Shown: positions 9,808 to 18,988, numbered from the stretch's first letter. The stretch is 32,000 nucleotides of DNA from Candidatus Saccharimonadota bacterium (GCA_023898425.1 CP060222.1:150001-182000); one strand, 5' to 3'. The notes: a model not told the origin generated them from the sequence alone. Translations and numbers: made by a program.

Positions 9808-10536
9808 ATGGTATTTCTCTTTATTATCTTGGCCTTTGCCATGATCATGTTAGGTGGATTAGTGGGTTTAAAATTTCGTGATCGTTCACATTTATTACTA
9901 GGCGCTTCGGCCGGTATTATTTTGGGGATGGTGTCATTTGAATTGATCCCTGAGTCACTTGAGTTGGCGGAGTCGGCAGGTATCGAACACTGGATCCCGA
10001 TGATGGGTTTTGTTATTGGTTTTTTTCTTATCCATGTACTCGAACGCACGATCTTAATGCATCATGCGCACGAGGATGAATATGCATCGCATACTCATCC
10101 GCATATGGGTAAGGCTCAGTCTGCGGCAATTATTGGTCATGCCTTTTTTGATGGTTTGGCTATTGGTTTAAGTTTTTTGGTCTCAGACGCGGTTGGTATC
10201 AGTGTTGCTTTGGCCGTACTTGCTCATGATTTTTGCGATGGTTTAAATACCGTTTCTTTTATGGTGCGTCATGGGAATTCTAAAAAACAAACCGTTTTGT
10301 TTTTGGTAGCTACAGCCGTCGCACCTCTTTTGGGAGGTGTTCTTAGCATGGTTGTTCATGTGCCAGATGTTATTTTGCCTGTTGTCTTGGGTTGGTTTGC
10401 AGGTGTTCTTTTGTATATTGCTGCAGCAGATGTATTGCCCGAAGCACATGCGAAGCACTCAGGTTGGAAGACAATTGCTATGACGGCAGTAGGTGTTATC
10501 GTGTCATTTTTGATCATTATGACCATCGGGCACTAG
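9808..10536 (+). CDS. ZIP-family divalent metal transporter (ZupT-like)
   Basis: His-rich loop HHAHEDEYASHTHPH. Motifs GHAFFDGLAIG, LAHDFCDGL and AADVLPEAH. Multiple TM segments. Confidence 0.85.
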   Translation: MVFLFIILAFAMIMLGGLVGLKFRDRSHLLLGASAGIILGMVSFELIPESLELAESAGIEHWIPMMGFVIGFFLIHVLERTILMHHAHEDEYASHTHPHMGKAQSAAIIGHAFFDGLAIGLSFLVSDAVGISVALAVLAHDFCDGLNTVSFMVRHGNSKKQTVLFLVATAVAPLLGGVLSMVVHVPDVILPVVLGWFAGVLLYIAAADVLPEAHAKHSGWKTIAMTAVGVIVSFLIIMTIGH

Positions 10537-10550
10537 GCTAGCAGCCATTA

Positions 10551-10581
10551 AAAAAAACCAGCCGTTTGGCTGGTTTTTTTG
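10551..10581. terminator. Bidirectional terminator shared by the ZIP gene (+) and tRNA-Val (-)
   Basis: aaaaaaaccagcc-gttt-ggctggttttttt: the stem is flanked by an A-run and a T-run. Confidence 0.7.
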
Positions 10582-10658
10582 TGGTGCGCGTATCAAGATT
10601 CGAACTTGAGACCTTTACAATGTCAATGTAACGCTCTAACCAACTGAGCTATACGCGC
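10582..10658 (-). tRNA. tRNA-Val (anticodon GAC), CCA encoded
   Basis: Manual cloverleaf: acceptor GCGCGTA/TACGCGC, D arm GCTC/GAGC, anticodon loop TTGACAT, T arm TCAAG-TTCGAAT-CTTGA. 77 nt. Confidence 0.9.
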
Positions 10659-10673
10659 GCAATTTGTGACCAA

Positions 10674-10702
10674 ATAGTAGGGGATTTAGAGAGTATCGTC
10701 AA
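10674..10702 (-). promoter_or_regulatory. Candidate promoter for tRNA-Val
   Basis: On the minus strand: TTGACG, 17-nt spacer, TACTAT, ending about 15 nt upstream of the tRNA 5' end. Confidence 0.5.
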
Positions 10703-10773
10703 CCATCCACAAACAGGTTTTGTATAATGTGGTATACTCTATACATAACTAACTCCTTGAGGATTTAAGCACT

Positions 10774-11280
10774 TTGGCTATGAGCGAACCTATCAAAAAA
10801 ACAACGACGCGTAAGCGCACAACAAGAACCAAGAAACCAGCTGGAAACAGCCCTGCTCCAAGCATGGGCAACGCTGTTTGCGGGCATGACGGACACTGCA
10901 CAAGCAATGCTTGCAATGTTCGATACGTTGGCCCAACCTCGCAAATCGCTGACCATCACGCAACGCATTTTGCTCAAGCATCAACGCATATCTGGTCGGC
11001 GGCTGTTGTTACGGGCCTTGCTCTCGTTGTTACGGGTACGATCGCTTTTCAGGCAGCAAATGCTGAATCAACACAGGCTGCACGCGCACTACAAAAGCAG
11101 AACGCAAATCGTGCTGATATCGCACAGGTTATTGAACAGCTCAATCGTATTGAACGTGTTTCAACCGAGACGCGTGACCTTTTAAAGGGTAATACCGAGC
11201 CAGAAACGGATGTAAAGAAGCTCGAAAAGACGCTTCCAAAGCCAACTCAACCAAAAATTACCACTCCAACAGACGAGTAG
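10774..11280 (+). CDS. Hypothetical membrane-anchored protein (basic N-terminus, Cys/His cluster, one TM, coiled-coil-like tail)
   Basis: ORF with gagga about 10 nt upstream of the TTG at 10774; the ATG at 10780 is an alternative start. TM segment IWSAAVVTGLALVVTGTIAF. Confidence 0.5.
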   Translation: MAMSEPIKKTTTRKRTTRTKKPAGNSPAPSMGNAVCGHDGHCTSNACNVRYVGPTSQIADHHATHFAQASTHIWSAAVVTGLALVVTGTIAFQAANAESTQAARALQKQNANRADIAQVIEQLNRIERVSTETRDLLKGNTEPETDVKKLEKTLPKPTQPKITTPTDE

Positions 11281-11289
11281 TCTAAGAAG

Positions 11290-11319
11290 AAAAATCCGCT
11301 TTTACGCGGATTTTTTTTC
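11290..11319 (+). terminator. Rho-independent terminator
   Basis: aaatccgc-ttttac-gcggattt followed by tttttt. Confidence 0.75.
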
Positions 11320-11332
11320 TCTTTATACTTGA

Positions 11333-11361
11333 TTGACGATCTTGTCTTTTTTCAGTATTAT
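11333..11361 (+). promoter_or_regulatory. Candidate promoter for tRNA-Gln
   Basis: TTGACG, 17-nt spacer, TATTAT, 10 nt upstream of the tRNA. Confidence 0.55.
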
Positions 11362-11371
11362 CTGGCCACAT

Positions 11372-11445
11372 TCGGAGATCGTCTAATGGTAGGACTACAG
11401 CCTCTGGAGCTGTGTATCTTGGTTCGAGTCCAAGTCTCCGAGCCA
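11372..11445 (+). tRNA. tRNA-Gln (anticodon CTG), CCA encoded
   Basis: Manual cloverleaf: acceptor TCGGAGA/TCTCCGA with a U1-A72 pair, anticodon loop CTCTGGA, T arm CTTGG-TTCGAGT-CCAAG. 74 nt. Confidence 0.9.
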
Positions 11446-11448
11446 CGT

Positions 11449-11484
11449 AAAAGCCTTAGCTAAAAAGCGGGGCTTTTTGCTTTT
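11449..11484 (+). terminator. Weak A/U-rich hairpin plus T-run after tRNA-Gln
   Basis: aaaaagc-ggg-gcttttt followed by gctttt. Confidence 0.35.
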
Positions 11485-11556
11485 GGCTCACGTGGCTAGC
11501 CGGGTTTCGCCTGTGGCAGTGTTGTGCACTCGTTGCACGAGTATTAGTATTTTGCT

Positions 11557-11949
11557 ATGAACTATCGTAATAAAAAAGCAGTGATGACCGTACGTGTCTT
11601 GCTCGGTCTTATGTTCGTCTTCAGTGGCGTCTCAGGTATGGCTGCAGGCCTTACAGGCATGGAAGGCAAGATCCCAGCTCCGATGCTCACCACCCAAATG
11701 CAATTGTGGGATATGGGGATTTTTCAAATGATCAAAATCACCGAAATCGTCGCCGGCCTCATGTTGATCTTTGGTTTCTTGCCAGCGCTTGCCTTGCTCT
11801 TCGTGGCTCCGATTTGCGTTGGTGTTATCGTCTATGATCTTTTTACTGTGCCGGCATATCTGATATCAGGTATCGTGGTTTCGCTGATGACCGCTTATCT
11901 TGGGTATGCGTATTGGGATAAGTTTAAGGGGTTATTTGAGCGGAAGTAG
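11557..11949 (+). CDS. Small four-TM membrane protein, DoxX-like
   Basis: 130 aa with four hydrophobic segments. N-terminal VRVLLGLMFVFSG resembles the DoxX family. Confidence 0.55.
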   Translation: MNYRNKKAVMTVRVLLGLMFVFSGVSGMAAGLTGMEGKIPAPMLTTQMQLWDMGIFQMIKITEIVAGLMLIFGFLPALALLFVAPICVGVIVYDLFTVPAYLISGIVVSLMTAYLGYAYWDKFKGLFERK

Positions 11950-11958
11950 GTAGTCAAT

Positions 11959-12525
11959 ATGAACGACAAGCCACAATTTGAAATCGAATATGAAGGGGCT
12001 GATCAGTATGATTTTGAGGATGAACAGTGGTCAAAATCGAAGAATCTTGATAGCTACTCAAAATGCATAGGATTGTTTTTCTTGTACTTCAGTTCATTTG
12101 AACATGTATTTGATACTGGACTTGCAGACATTATTTTTGATGACTCGCATTCATATTCCTATCTCTTTATAAAGAGCATGGAAATGTCTAAAAAAATCGA
12201 TTTATACTACGGGCTTGCTCTCACGCTGATCATTAATTCAAATAAACCGGCTAATAAAATTATCAAACTTGATTTAATTAAGAAGAAAATCACAGATCTT
12301 ATTGAAGTAAGAAATAAGATAGCCCATGCAAGATGGACTACATTGGACACGAAAGGCTTTGTTCGTGTTGATGTAAAATTGGATACGGTGAAAGGTTTAG
12401 TGAAATTTCGCAAATATAAAATAACTCCATCGGTGATGCGTAAGCATGTTACTACAATCAAGAAGCTTTCTAAGGAGTTTGAGACGTTTAATGAATCCTT
12501 ACTAATTGCATGCGTTAGTTTTTAA
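11959..12525 (+). CDS. HEPN-like (Rx4H motif) protein, Abi/RiboL-PSP-like; AT-rich gene
   Basis: LIEVRNKIAHARW, with R at 12310-12312 and H at 12325-12327. All-helical 188-aa protein. Codon composition is visibly AT-richer than flanking genes. Confidence 0.55.
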   Translation: MNDKPQFEIEYEGADQYDFEDEQWSKSKNLDSYSKCIGLFFLYFSSFEHVFDTGLADIIFDDSHSYSYLFIKSMEMSKKIDLYYGLALTLIINSNKPANKIIKLDLIKKKITDLIEVRNKIAHARWTTLDTKGFVRVDVKLDTVKGLVKFRKYKITPSVMRKHVTTIKKLSKEFETFNESLLIACVSF

Positions 12526-12541
12526 GTATACGTTTGGTGCT

Positions 12542-12736
12542 ATGCAGGATAATCTTTTCAAAATCACCGATATCGTACCAGTCTCCGGTACGTATCTCTG
12601 CGTACCTTGCGGGCATACGCAGTATTTTGAGCAAGGTGATAAATTTGAAACGTGCGAAGTGTGTCTTGCGGGTACACCGGATGGCTGGACAGGCTATGAG
12701 ACGGAAGAGGCGGAGTTTTGGCAGTATGTTGGATAA
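12542..12736 (+). CDS. Small zinc-ribbon protein (CVPC...CEVC)
   Basis: 64-aa ORF from ATG 12542; the track uses TTG 12506. Two CxxC knuckles 18 residues apart. Acidic C-terminus. Confidence 0.5.
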   Translation: MQDNLFKITDIVPVSGTYLCVPCGHTQYFEQGDKFETCEVCLAGTPDGWTGYETEEAEFWQYVG

Positions 12737-12784
12737 AGCAATCTAGTTGTTGTTCGGTGATTGCATACAGAGTATTATCTCTTC

Positions 12785-13759
12785 ATGGAGAAATATATCG
12801 TAAATACGCCCGAAGCAGCGCTCACCAAAGGGGAGCGTATTGAAAAAGGTATTTGGCGACCGGGAATCATGGATCGCTTTACCGATAAGTTAGGCGTAGG
12901 TTCTACGACCAAACTTACCGAAGTAAGAGCGCCAGGAGCCGGGCATTTACCTCAGCTTCGTATCACGAGCGATCCTAGTCGCGTTATCGAAGACCGTGAT
13001 GAGTTAGAAGCAAGTTTAAAAGCGAAGAATACCGGTGAAAGCGTTGATGATTTTCGTGGCAGAAAAGTAGCTGCAGGTATGCAATTAACTCGCATGCTCC
13101 GAAACTTAGATCTTGAGGCAAATCCTCGTGACATGCTAAAGACGCGTTTAACGCATGGTACAAATATTGTTCTTGTTGATAAAGAATATCTCGCCCTTCC
13201 TAAAGCAGAGCAAGCTATGATGGCTGCCGATGGATTGATCACCCGGATGAAGCATATTCCGATCATGGTAGCTGCCGCAGACTGCGCGCCGATTATCATT
13301 TATGATCCAAAAACAGAAACGGTAGGTGTTTTTCACGCGGGGTATCGAGGTACTGTGGCTGGCATTGCCAGAAAGGGTATAGAAACAATGGCCAGAGAAT
13401 ACCAATGCAAGCCAGAAGACTTGATCGTTTCTGTTGGTCCATATGCAGACGGAGATAGTTATGAGATTGATACGGGCTTATTAGAGCAGTTTCGTAATCA
13501 GAAAAATGATGATGGTGAACCGGCTTATACTGAAGATGATTTAAAAAAGATGTTTAAACCACACCCCACAGATGTGGCTAAGGTCATGTATGATAACGGG
13601 GAAGCAATACGCTTGCAGGCAGAAAAAGCCGGTGTAAATAGAGAGAATATCGAAGTGAGTCAGTTGTCCACGATGAAAGATAATGAATTGCTATCATCAG
13701 ACAGAAAAGAGGGTTTTAATAATAGAGACACATTAATGGCAATGGCTGTTTTAAAGTAA
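12785..13759 (+). CDS. YfiH/PgeF-family (DUF152, Cu-oxidase_4) protein, longer than usual
   Basis: AADCAPIIIYDP and GVFHAGYRGTVAGI motifs. ATG 12785 is preferred over TTG 12761. Confidence 0.8.
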   Translation: MEKYIVNTPEAALTKGERIEKGIWRPGIMDRFTDKLGVGSTTKLTEVRAPGAGHLPQLRITSDPSRVIEDRDELEASLKAKNTGESVDDFRGRKVAAGMQLTRMLRNLDLEANPRDMLKTRLTHGTNIVLVDKEYLALPKAEQAMMAADGLITRMKHIPIMVAAADCAPIIIYDPKTETVGVFHAGYRGTVAGIARKGIETMAREYQCKPEDLIVSVGPYADGDSYEIDTGLLEQFRNQKNDDGEPAYTEDDLKKMFKPHPTDVAKVMYDNGEAIRLQAEKAGVNRENIEVSQLSTMKDNELLSSDRKEGFNNRDTLMAMAVLK

Positions 13760-13762
13760 TAT

Positions 13763-14839
13763 ATGAAGACACAGTATTTAGTTCCTTTATTAGCGGTAAG
13801 TTTGTTTATCGCTCCTCAAGCACAAGCAGCAACACTAGGGTCACAGTTGTCTGGTCGGATTTTGTTGCAGACGGAGCGTCATGGTGAAGCTTGGTATGTA
13901 AATCCAAAAACACAGACACGGCATTTTTCTTTTTCGTGCGGAGCAGGCGTATCAGATTATGCGCGAAGAAGGCGTTGGAATCTCGAATGCAAACTTAGAA
14001 AAAATCCCGGTTGGGTTTTATGCGTTAGCTGGTACTGATACCGATGGCGATGGTTTAGTAGATGATATGGAAAAATCTATCGGGACCGATCTCAACAAAA
14101 AAGATACAGATGGGGACGGAGTTTCTGATGCGGATGAATTAATAAAGGAACAAATCCAAAAAGCCGTGACGCAACCAAGTATGATACCGGTTTAGCAAGA
14201 GCAAACTCAGGAAAGATCTTTTTACAGGTAGAAGCGCATGGTGAGGCCTGGTGGATAAATCCGGTTGATCTTAAGCGGTATTATCTTGGTCGCTCAAGTG
14301 ATGCGTATGCTCTTATGCGTGCTTTTGGTCTTGGTATTACAAATGCGAATCTCGCAAAGATCCCTGTTACCACAAAGCTTATGAATTGTTTTGAGGATAC
14401 ACATTGCGTGACTTCAGCATTGGAGCTCGATCAGTTATCAGAAGTTAATTGGAAGGTGAAAGAAGAGCTTTCGGGTATTTTGGTAGAGGCGACAACAGGT
14501 ATGAAGCTCTCAAGAGCGGGGCAAGATTATGCTCTTGATGTGATTGTTAAAGGTGGATCTGTAACGATCACCGAAGCTGGACGACAAGAGCTATTGAGAA
14601 ATGGTACAACTGAAGAAGAGCTTACACAGCTTGGTGATTTTTATAATCTTGGGGCAACGGAGTTTGTTGGCGTAAAATCACGTTGCACATTTGAAACGAG
14701 AGCAAAGGTATTAAGCTACCTCCGTCTATTGAGAGATAATAAAGTGAAGGGCACAGAGAATGCAGCTCAGTCGCTCACGGACGTATCCAGTATGGAGACA
14801 GGGGAGCATCTTGGTCAGTGTGTTATCACTTCATACTAA
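13763..14839 (+). pseudogene. Secreted repeat protein split into three ORFs by two single-base frameshifts (signal peptide, two GEAWY...GLGI repeats, DxDGDG calcium-binding-type repeats)
   Basis: Track ORFs 13763..14038, 13959..14195 and 14315..14839 join into one protein if a T-run (13924-13934) and an A-run (14144-14146) are corrected. Signal peptide MKTQYLVPLLAVSLFIAPQAQA. Confidence 0.65.
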
Positions 14840-14872
14840 ATAAAACATCCCGCTTTCGCGGGATGTTTTATT
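14840..14872. terminator. Bidirectional terminator between convergent genes
   Basis: aaaacatcccgc-tttc-gcgggatgtttt. Confidence 0.75.
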
Positions 14873-16373
14873 ATCCGTGGATTTTTACACGGCCACCAGT
14901 AATGATTACTGGAGGGATGTCTGATGAACCAGTTGAACGATTGCTGTATTTACTGCGATCGTTCTTTTTTGCGTAGGCAGGTTTTGCGCCATAGGCAGGC
15001 TTGCGATCACTGTAAGAAGGTTTGCTTCCAAAGGATTTTGGGCCACCGAATGAATCCGTGCGAGATGCACCATAGGATGATGTGCGAGGTTTGCCGTAGC
15101 TTGAGCTAGAACCTGAGCTTTTTCCATAGGAGCGAGCTTGTTCGCGTGCGCGTCCATAGGTTGCGCGACCGCCAAGATCACGTCCGTAGACGGATCGAGA
15201 ATCACCGAGTTCTTCGTTGGTTACCGCAGTGCGGTGCGCAGGAAGATCTACTGGCAATCTTGAACGAGGGATTTCTTTGCGGATGATGCGTTCGATCGAC
15301 TTAATGTCACGAATTTGATCAGGAGTTGCAAAGGAGATAGCGCGACCTTCGTGGCTTGCACGACCGGTACGACCAATACGGTGAACGTAATCATCTGGAT
15401 TGTCCGGAAGATCAAAGTTAACCACGAGACCGATCTCTTTCACATCGATACCACGTGCAGCGATATCAGTTGCAACGAGAATACGGTACTTGCCGCTCTT
15501 AAAGCCTGCGAGGGCTTCTTTACGTTGGTTGAGCGAACGGTCTGAGTGAATCTCAGCAGCCGTGTGGCCCATGCGTTGAATTTGAAAAGCGATTTTATGC
15601 GCACCGTGTTTTGTACGTGAAAAAACAAGAACGGTTTCTTTTGTATCCGTGAGGAGTTTTTCAAGAAGACGAATTTTATCTTGACGAGGGACCAAGATCA
15701 TTTCTTGGGTAACACGTGCGTTTGCAGTACCAGCGGTGGCAACTTCTACGCGTGTTGGTTGCTCCATGTATTTATTGGCGATATGCACAATTTCTGGAGG
15801 CATGGTTGCTGAAAACAACATGGTCTGACGTTCGTCAGGTACGGTTTGAAGCACGCGTTTGATTTGTGGTTCAAAACCCATATCTAACATGCGATCAGCT
15901 TCATCAAGAACGAGTACATGGACATCGTCGAGTTTAACCGTTTTTTGATCAAGGTGATCAATAAGGCGACCCGGGGTTGCTACGATCACATGTGGTTTGC
16001 GACGTAATGAGTCCAATTGAGGACGCATAGACTGGCCACCAATCAAAACCGTTGTACGTAAGCCGATGTGCTTAGCAATTTTTTGGAGTTCTTCTTCAAC
16101 CTGCAAAGCAAGTTCGCGTGTTGGAAGAATAATAAGACCACGTCCTTTGGATTTTGAGATGCGTTGAATCATCGGAATCGCAAAAGCGAGGGTTTTACCA
16201 GTACCGGTTTGAGCGATACCGATCATGTCTTTACCTTCAAGGGCGACAGGGATTGCCTGTGCTTGAATAGGTGTTGGCGTGACTAAGCCACGAGCCGTAA
16301 GGGCTTCGAGGAGCTTAGGGGCAATACCGAGCTCACTAAAAGCTGGTACGGCCTTGGTTTCTGGCGTATTCAT
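14871..16373 (-). CDS. DEAD-box ATP-dependent RNA helicase with an R/G/S/Y-rich C-terminal tail
   Basis: Motifs AQTGTGKT, DEAD, SAT and HRIGRTGRA. About 120-aa low-complexity tail with repeated SYG/SFG. Confidence 0.93.
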   Translation of the reverse strand: MNTPETKAVPAFSELGIAPKLLEALTARGLVTPTPIQAQAIPVALEGKDMIGIAQTGTGKTLAFAIPMIQRISKSKGRGLIILPTRELALQVEEELQKIAKHIGLRTTVLIGGQSMRPQLDSLRRKPHVIVATPGRLIDHLDQKTVKLDDVHVLVLDEADRMLDMGFEPQIKRVLQTVPDERQTMLFSATMPPEIVHIANKYMEQPTRVEVATAGTANARVTQEMILVPRQDKIRLLEKLLTDTKETVLVFSRTKHGAHKIAFQIQRMGHTAAEIHSDRSLNQRKEALAGFKSGKYRILVATDIAARGIDVKEIGLVVNFDLPDNPDDYVHRIGRTGRASHEGRAISFATPDQIRDIKSIERIIRKEIPRSRLPVDLPAHRTAVTNEELGDSRSVYGRDLGGRATYGRAREQARSYGKSSGSSSSYGKPRTSSYGASRTDSFGGPKSFGSKPSYSDRKPAYGAKPAYAKKNDRSKYSNRSTGSSDIPPVIITGGRVKIHG

Positions 16374-16492
16374 AAAGAAAACGAGTTGAGTTCTGCCTTA
16401 ATAAGAATTCTCAAACACAGGCAGGTGACTCGATTTCCTTAGAGGACAAGCGGTATACGCAAAGGTTCGAGCCAATGATTTGAGAGAGCGAA

Positions 16493-16521
16493 AGTATACC
16501 TTATTATAATAAAAAAGTCAA
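16493..16521 (-). promoter_or_regulatory. Candidate promoter of the helicase gene, implying a leader of about 110 nt
   Basis: On the minus strand: TTGACT, 17-nt spacer, TATACT. Confidence 0.5.
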
Positions 16522-16592
16522 CCAGAGGCTTTCTCCGCCGACGCTCGTCGCGCGGCACCTCTTTCACTTCGTGAAAAAGGGGATATCGATTT

Positions 16593-18542
16593 TTAGAGCC
16601 CCAAATACTTCTTATAGGCTTCATTATTTGGTTTTCTGCCTAAAAAGCGCTCAACAAGAGCATATCCGTCGGCGCTGTCTCCTTGTGAGAGGATGGCTTC
16701 GCGGTAGGCGGCGCCTGTGGCGGGGTTCATGAGGCCTTCAGAGAAGAAGCGACTCGCAACATCATGAGCGATCGCTAAGGCCCACTGGTAGCCATAATAG
16801 GCGGCGTCATAGCCGTTTAGGTGGCCGAAGCTTGCCTCTGGGTGGGTGTTCTCAGGGCGTTTGAAATGTGAGAACTGTGGATAAAGCCCATCATAGACTT
16901 TTGTGGTGTCTTCAATCGCTGGAGCGGTGTGATAGGTAAAGTCCAGTGTTGCGAGAAAGAGTTGCCGTTCTGTAAACGTTGCTTCGCCAAAGTTACGCGA
17001 GGCTGTCAAAGCATCAAAGAGGTCTTGAGGAATAGTCTCTCCAGTAAGATGATGTTTTGCAAAACGATCAAGAACGACACGATCCCAAGCCCAGTTTTCG
17101 AAAAGTTGAGAAGGGACTTCGACAAAGTCCCAAGCGACACTGGTGCCACTCTGACTCGCGAGCTCCGTTTGACCAAAGATTCGATGCATCGCATGACCCA
17201 TTTCATGAAAGAATGTTTCGACATCGCTATGAGTGAGGAGTGCCGGCGTACCATCTTTTGATTGAGCAAAATTACAAACAAGCGAACATATTGGAAGAAT
17301 GACTTTTCCGTTCTTTTTGCTGCTGGCACGCATCCCAAAAACAGCCATGTGTTTATACTTGTCTGGGCGTGGGTAAAGATCAAGATGCAATGTACCGATA
17401 ACTTCGCCTTTATCAATGACGTGGTAGGTCTCAATATCAGGGTGAACACCTTGCTTTGGCTGCTCTTCAAATCGCACATTGTAGAGATCCTCAATAACAC
17501 GAAGAATGCCATGTTTGACGGCGTTTACTTCGAAATATTGGCTAAGTATTTGTCCGTCCAATTGAAAGCGTTCTTGAGTTGCTTTTTCGTTTAGATAGGA
17601 GGAGTCACTTGCTCGCAATTGATTGCCATGAGGAAGCTCTAATCGTTGAGCGAGTTCGTCAAAGATAGCAAATTCTTTTTCGCGTGGTGTAATAAGTCCT
17701 TGATGAAGATCGTGTAAAAAAGTTTCGACCGTTTTTGCGTCTTTTGCCATACGCGGTTCTAGCACATAATCCGCCCAAGTGTTGTGACCTAGGAGCGCGG
17801 CTTTTTGACGACGCAAAGCAATCATCTCCTTAAGTAATGGAAGATTGGCTAAGCAACGATTTGCATTAAGCGTGTAAAGTTCTAATGCGGCATCACGATC
17901 CTTTGCATCACGCATAAAAGGCACCAAGTCTGGATAGTCGGTCGTAATATGTATGACTCCCTCAGTATCTGGCTGGTGTTGAGCGATGTATTGCTCAGAA
18001 AGTCCCACGAGTTGTTCGGGCTTTATTTTTATCGAAAGCGTTTCGGCAAGATTTTGATCAAATACCTGTCCAAGATCGGTCAGTTTTTTATTAAGATCTT
18101 TTAATTCTTGCTGTTTGTCTTTTGGGAGTCCGAGACCATTGCGACGATATTCGTTTAACGATTCACGCATAAAGCGCAAACGCGAAGGTTCGGTTTCGCT
18201 TTGTTGTTTTTCAAATCGTTCAAGTACATGAAATACATCCTCATCTAAAAGGAGTTCGGTGATAAAAGCGCTGATTTTTGGTTCTCCTTCGCGTGCGGCA
18301 TCACGCACCTCTTTGTCAGGATGTGTGGCTGCCATAAGGTGCGGGATGGAGCTCGCTTCACCAATCATAAAGTGTAAATCATCGAGAGCGTCAAAGGTTT
18401 CTTCCCAGGTAAGAGGAGATTTTTCTTTTAAGGCAGCGATGTTTTTTTGGAGGGTTTTGGCCTTCTCTAGGTGTTGATTTGCGTGCATGCGTACGCCTTC
18501 GGCGGTAAGGCAGGCTTCAAGCGGATGTGTTTCGATGTTCAT
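16593..18542 (-). CDS. M3-family zinc oligopeptidase (thimet/Dcp/PrlC-like)
   Basis: HEMGHAMH zinc site. 649 aa with overall M3A-like layout. Confidence 0.88.
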   Translation of the reverse strand: MNIETHPLEACLTAEGVRMHANQHLEKAKTLQKNIAALKEKSPLTWEETFDALDDLHFMIGEASSIPHLMAATHPDKEVRDAAREGEPKISAFITELLLDEDVFHVLERFEKQQSETEPSRLRFMRESLNEYRRNGLGLPKDKQQELKDLNKKLTDLGQVFDQNLAETLSIKIKPEQLVGLSEQYIAQHQPDTEGVIHITTDYPDLVPFMRDAKDRDAALELYTLNANRCLANLPLLKEMIALRRQKAALLGHNTWADYVLEPRMAKDAKTVETFLHDLHQGLITPREKEFAIFDELAQRLELPHGNQLRASDSSYLNEKATQERFQLDGQILSQYFEVNAVKHGILRVIEDLYNVRFEEQPKQGVHPDIETYHVIDKGEVIGTLHLDLYPRPDKYKHMAVFGMRASSKKNGKVILPICSLVCNFAQSKDGTPALLTHSDVETFFHEMGHAMHRIFGQTELASQSGTSVAWDFVEVPSQLFENWAWDRVVLDRFAKHHLTGETIPQDLFDALTASRNFGEATFTERQLFLATLDFTYHTAPAIEDTTKVYDGLYPQFSHFKRPENTHPEASFGHLNGYDAAYYGYQWALAIAHDVASRFFSEGLMNPATGAAYREAILSQGDSADGYALVERFLGRKPNNEAYKKYLGL

Positions 18543-18605
18543 AGGAATTTCTTTTTATGCATGTGGGCCGCTAATTGAATCGTGAGAGCAATGAGGGCGA
18601 CATTT

Positions 18606-18988
18606 TTAATGATATATTGTCCTTCTAGTTGGTACAAACGGTGCGCTCCAGGCGATTTGTGGAAGGATGAACAGTGGCAAGAGGGTAAGTGACATATGAA
18701 GCCACATAATCGCGATTGTTACTCGGCTAATCCATTCATTTTTAAATAAGAAGAGAATACCGATGAGCGCTTCTAATACACCAAAGAAAAAGATAAATGT
18801 TTCAGGCGCGATCATTGGTAGTGTCACCTCAAGTAATTCGCGCACAAGGGGATTGGCGGGGAGAGCCCAAAGACCTTTAAAGAACCAAACCAAAAATAGA
18901 TAATAAACAATGCGATACGCGCCATAGCTTCACCGTTTTTTTGTGCAAAATGAATGGTGGCGGCATCAAAACGTGAGATATTATTCAT
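18606..18988 (-). CDS. Small multi-TM membrane protein (DoxX/DUF417-like), interrupted by one frameshift in a C-run
   Basis: Track ORFs 18824..19027 and 18606..18893 join (FWFGSLKVFGLSP | ANPLVRELL) if one C is added in 18847-18860. Likely start MNNISRF at 18988. Confidence 0.5.

Noticed and set aside
10793-11185. Overlapping ORFs 10793..10984(-), 10765..10977(-) and 10886..11185(+).
   Set aside because: They are alternative frames of the 10774-11280 gene. Only that frame has an RBS, a TM segment and the downstream terminator.
12785-13180. N-terminal ~125-aa region of the YfiH/PgeF homologue, considered as a novel fused domain.
   Set aside because: It still loosely follows the usual YfiH N-terminal pattern up to THGTNIV. 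It is more likely a divergent or expanded N-terminus than a separate domain.
14906-15205. ORFs 14906..15205(-) and 14924..15109(+) in the helicase 3' region.
   Set aside because: They are shadow frames of the low-complexity tail-coding region.
16929-17594. ORFs 16929..17261(+), 17006..17512(-) and 17262..17594(+).
   Set aside because: They are nested within or antisense to the M3 peptidase gene, whose frame carries the HExxH site.
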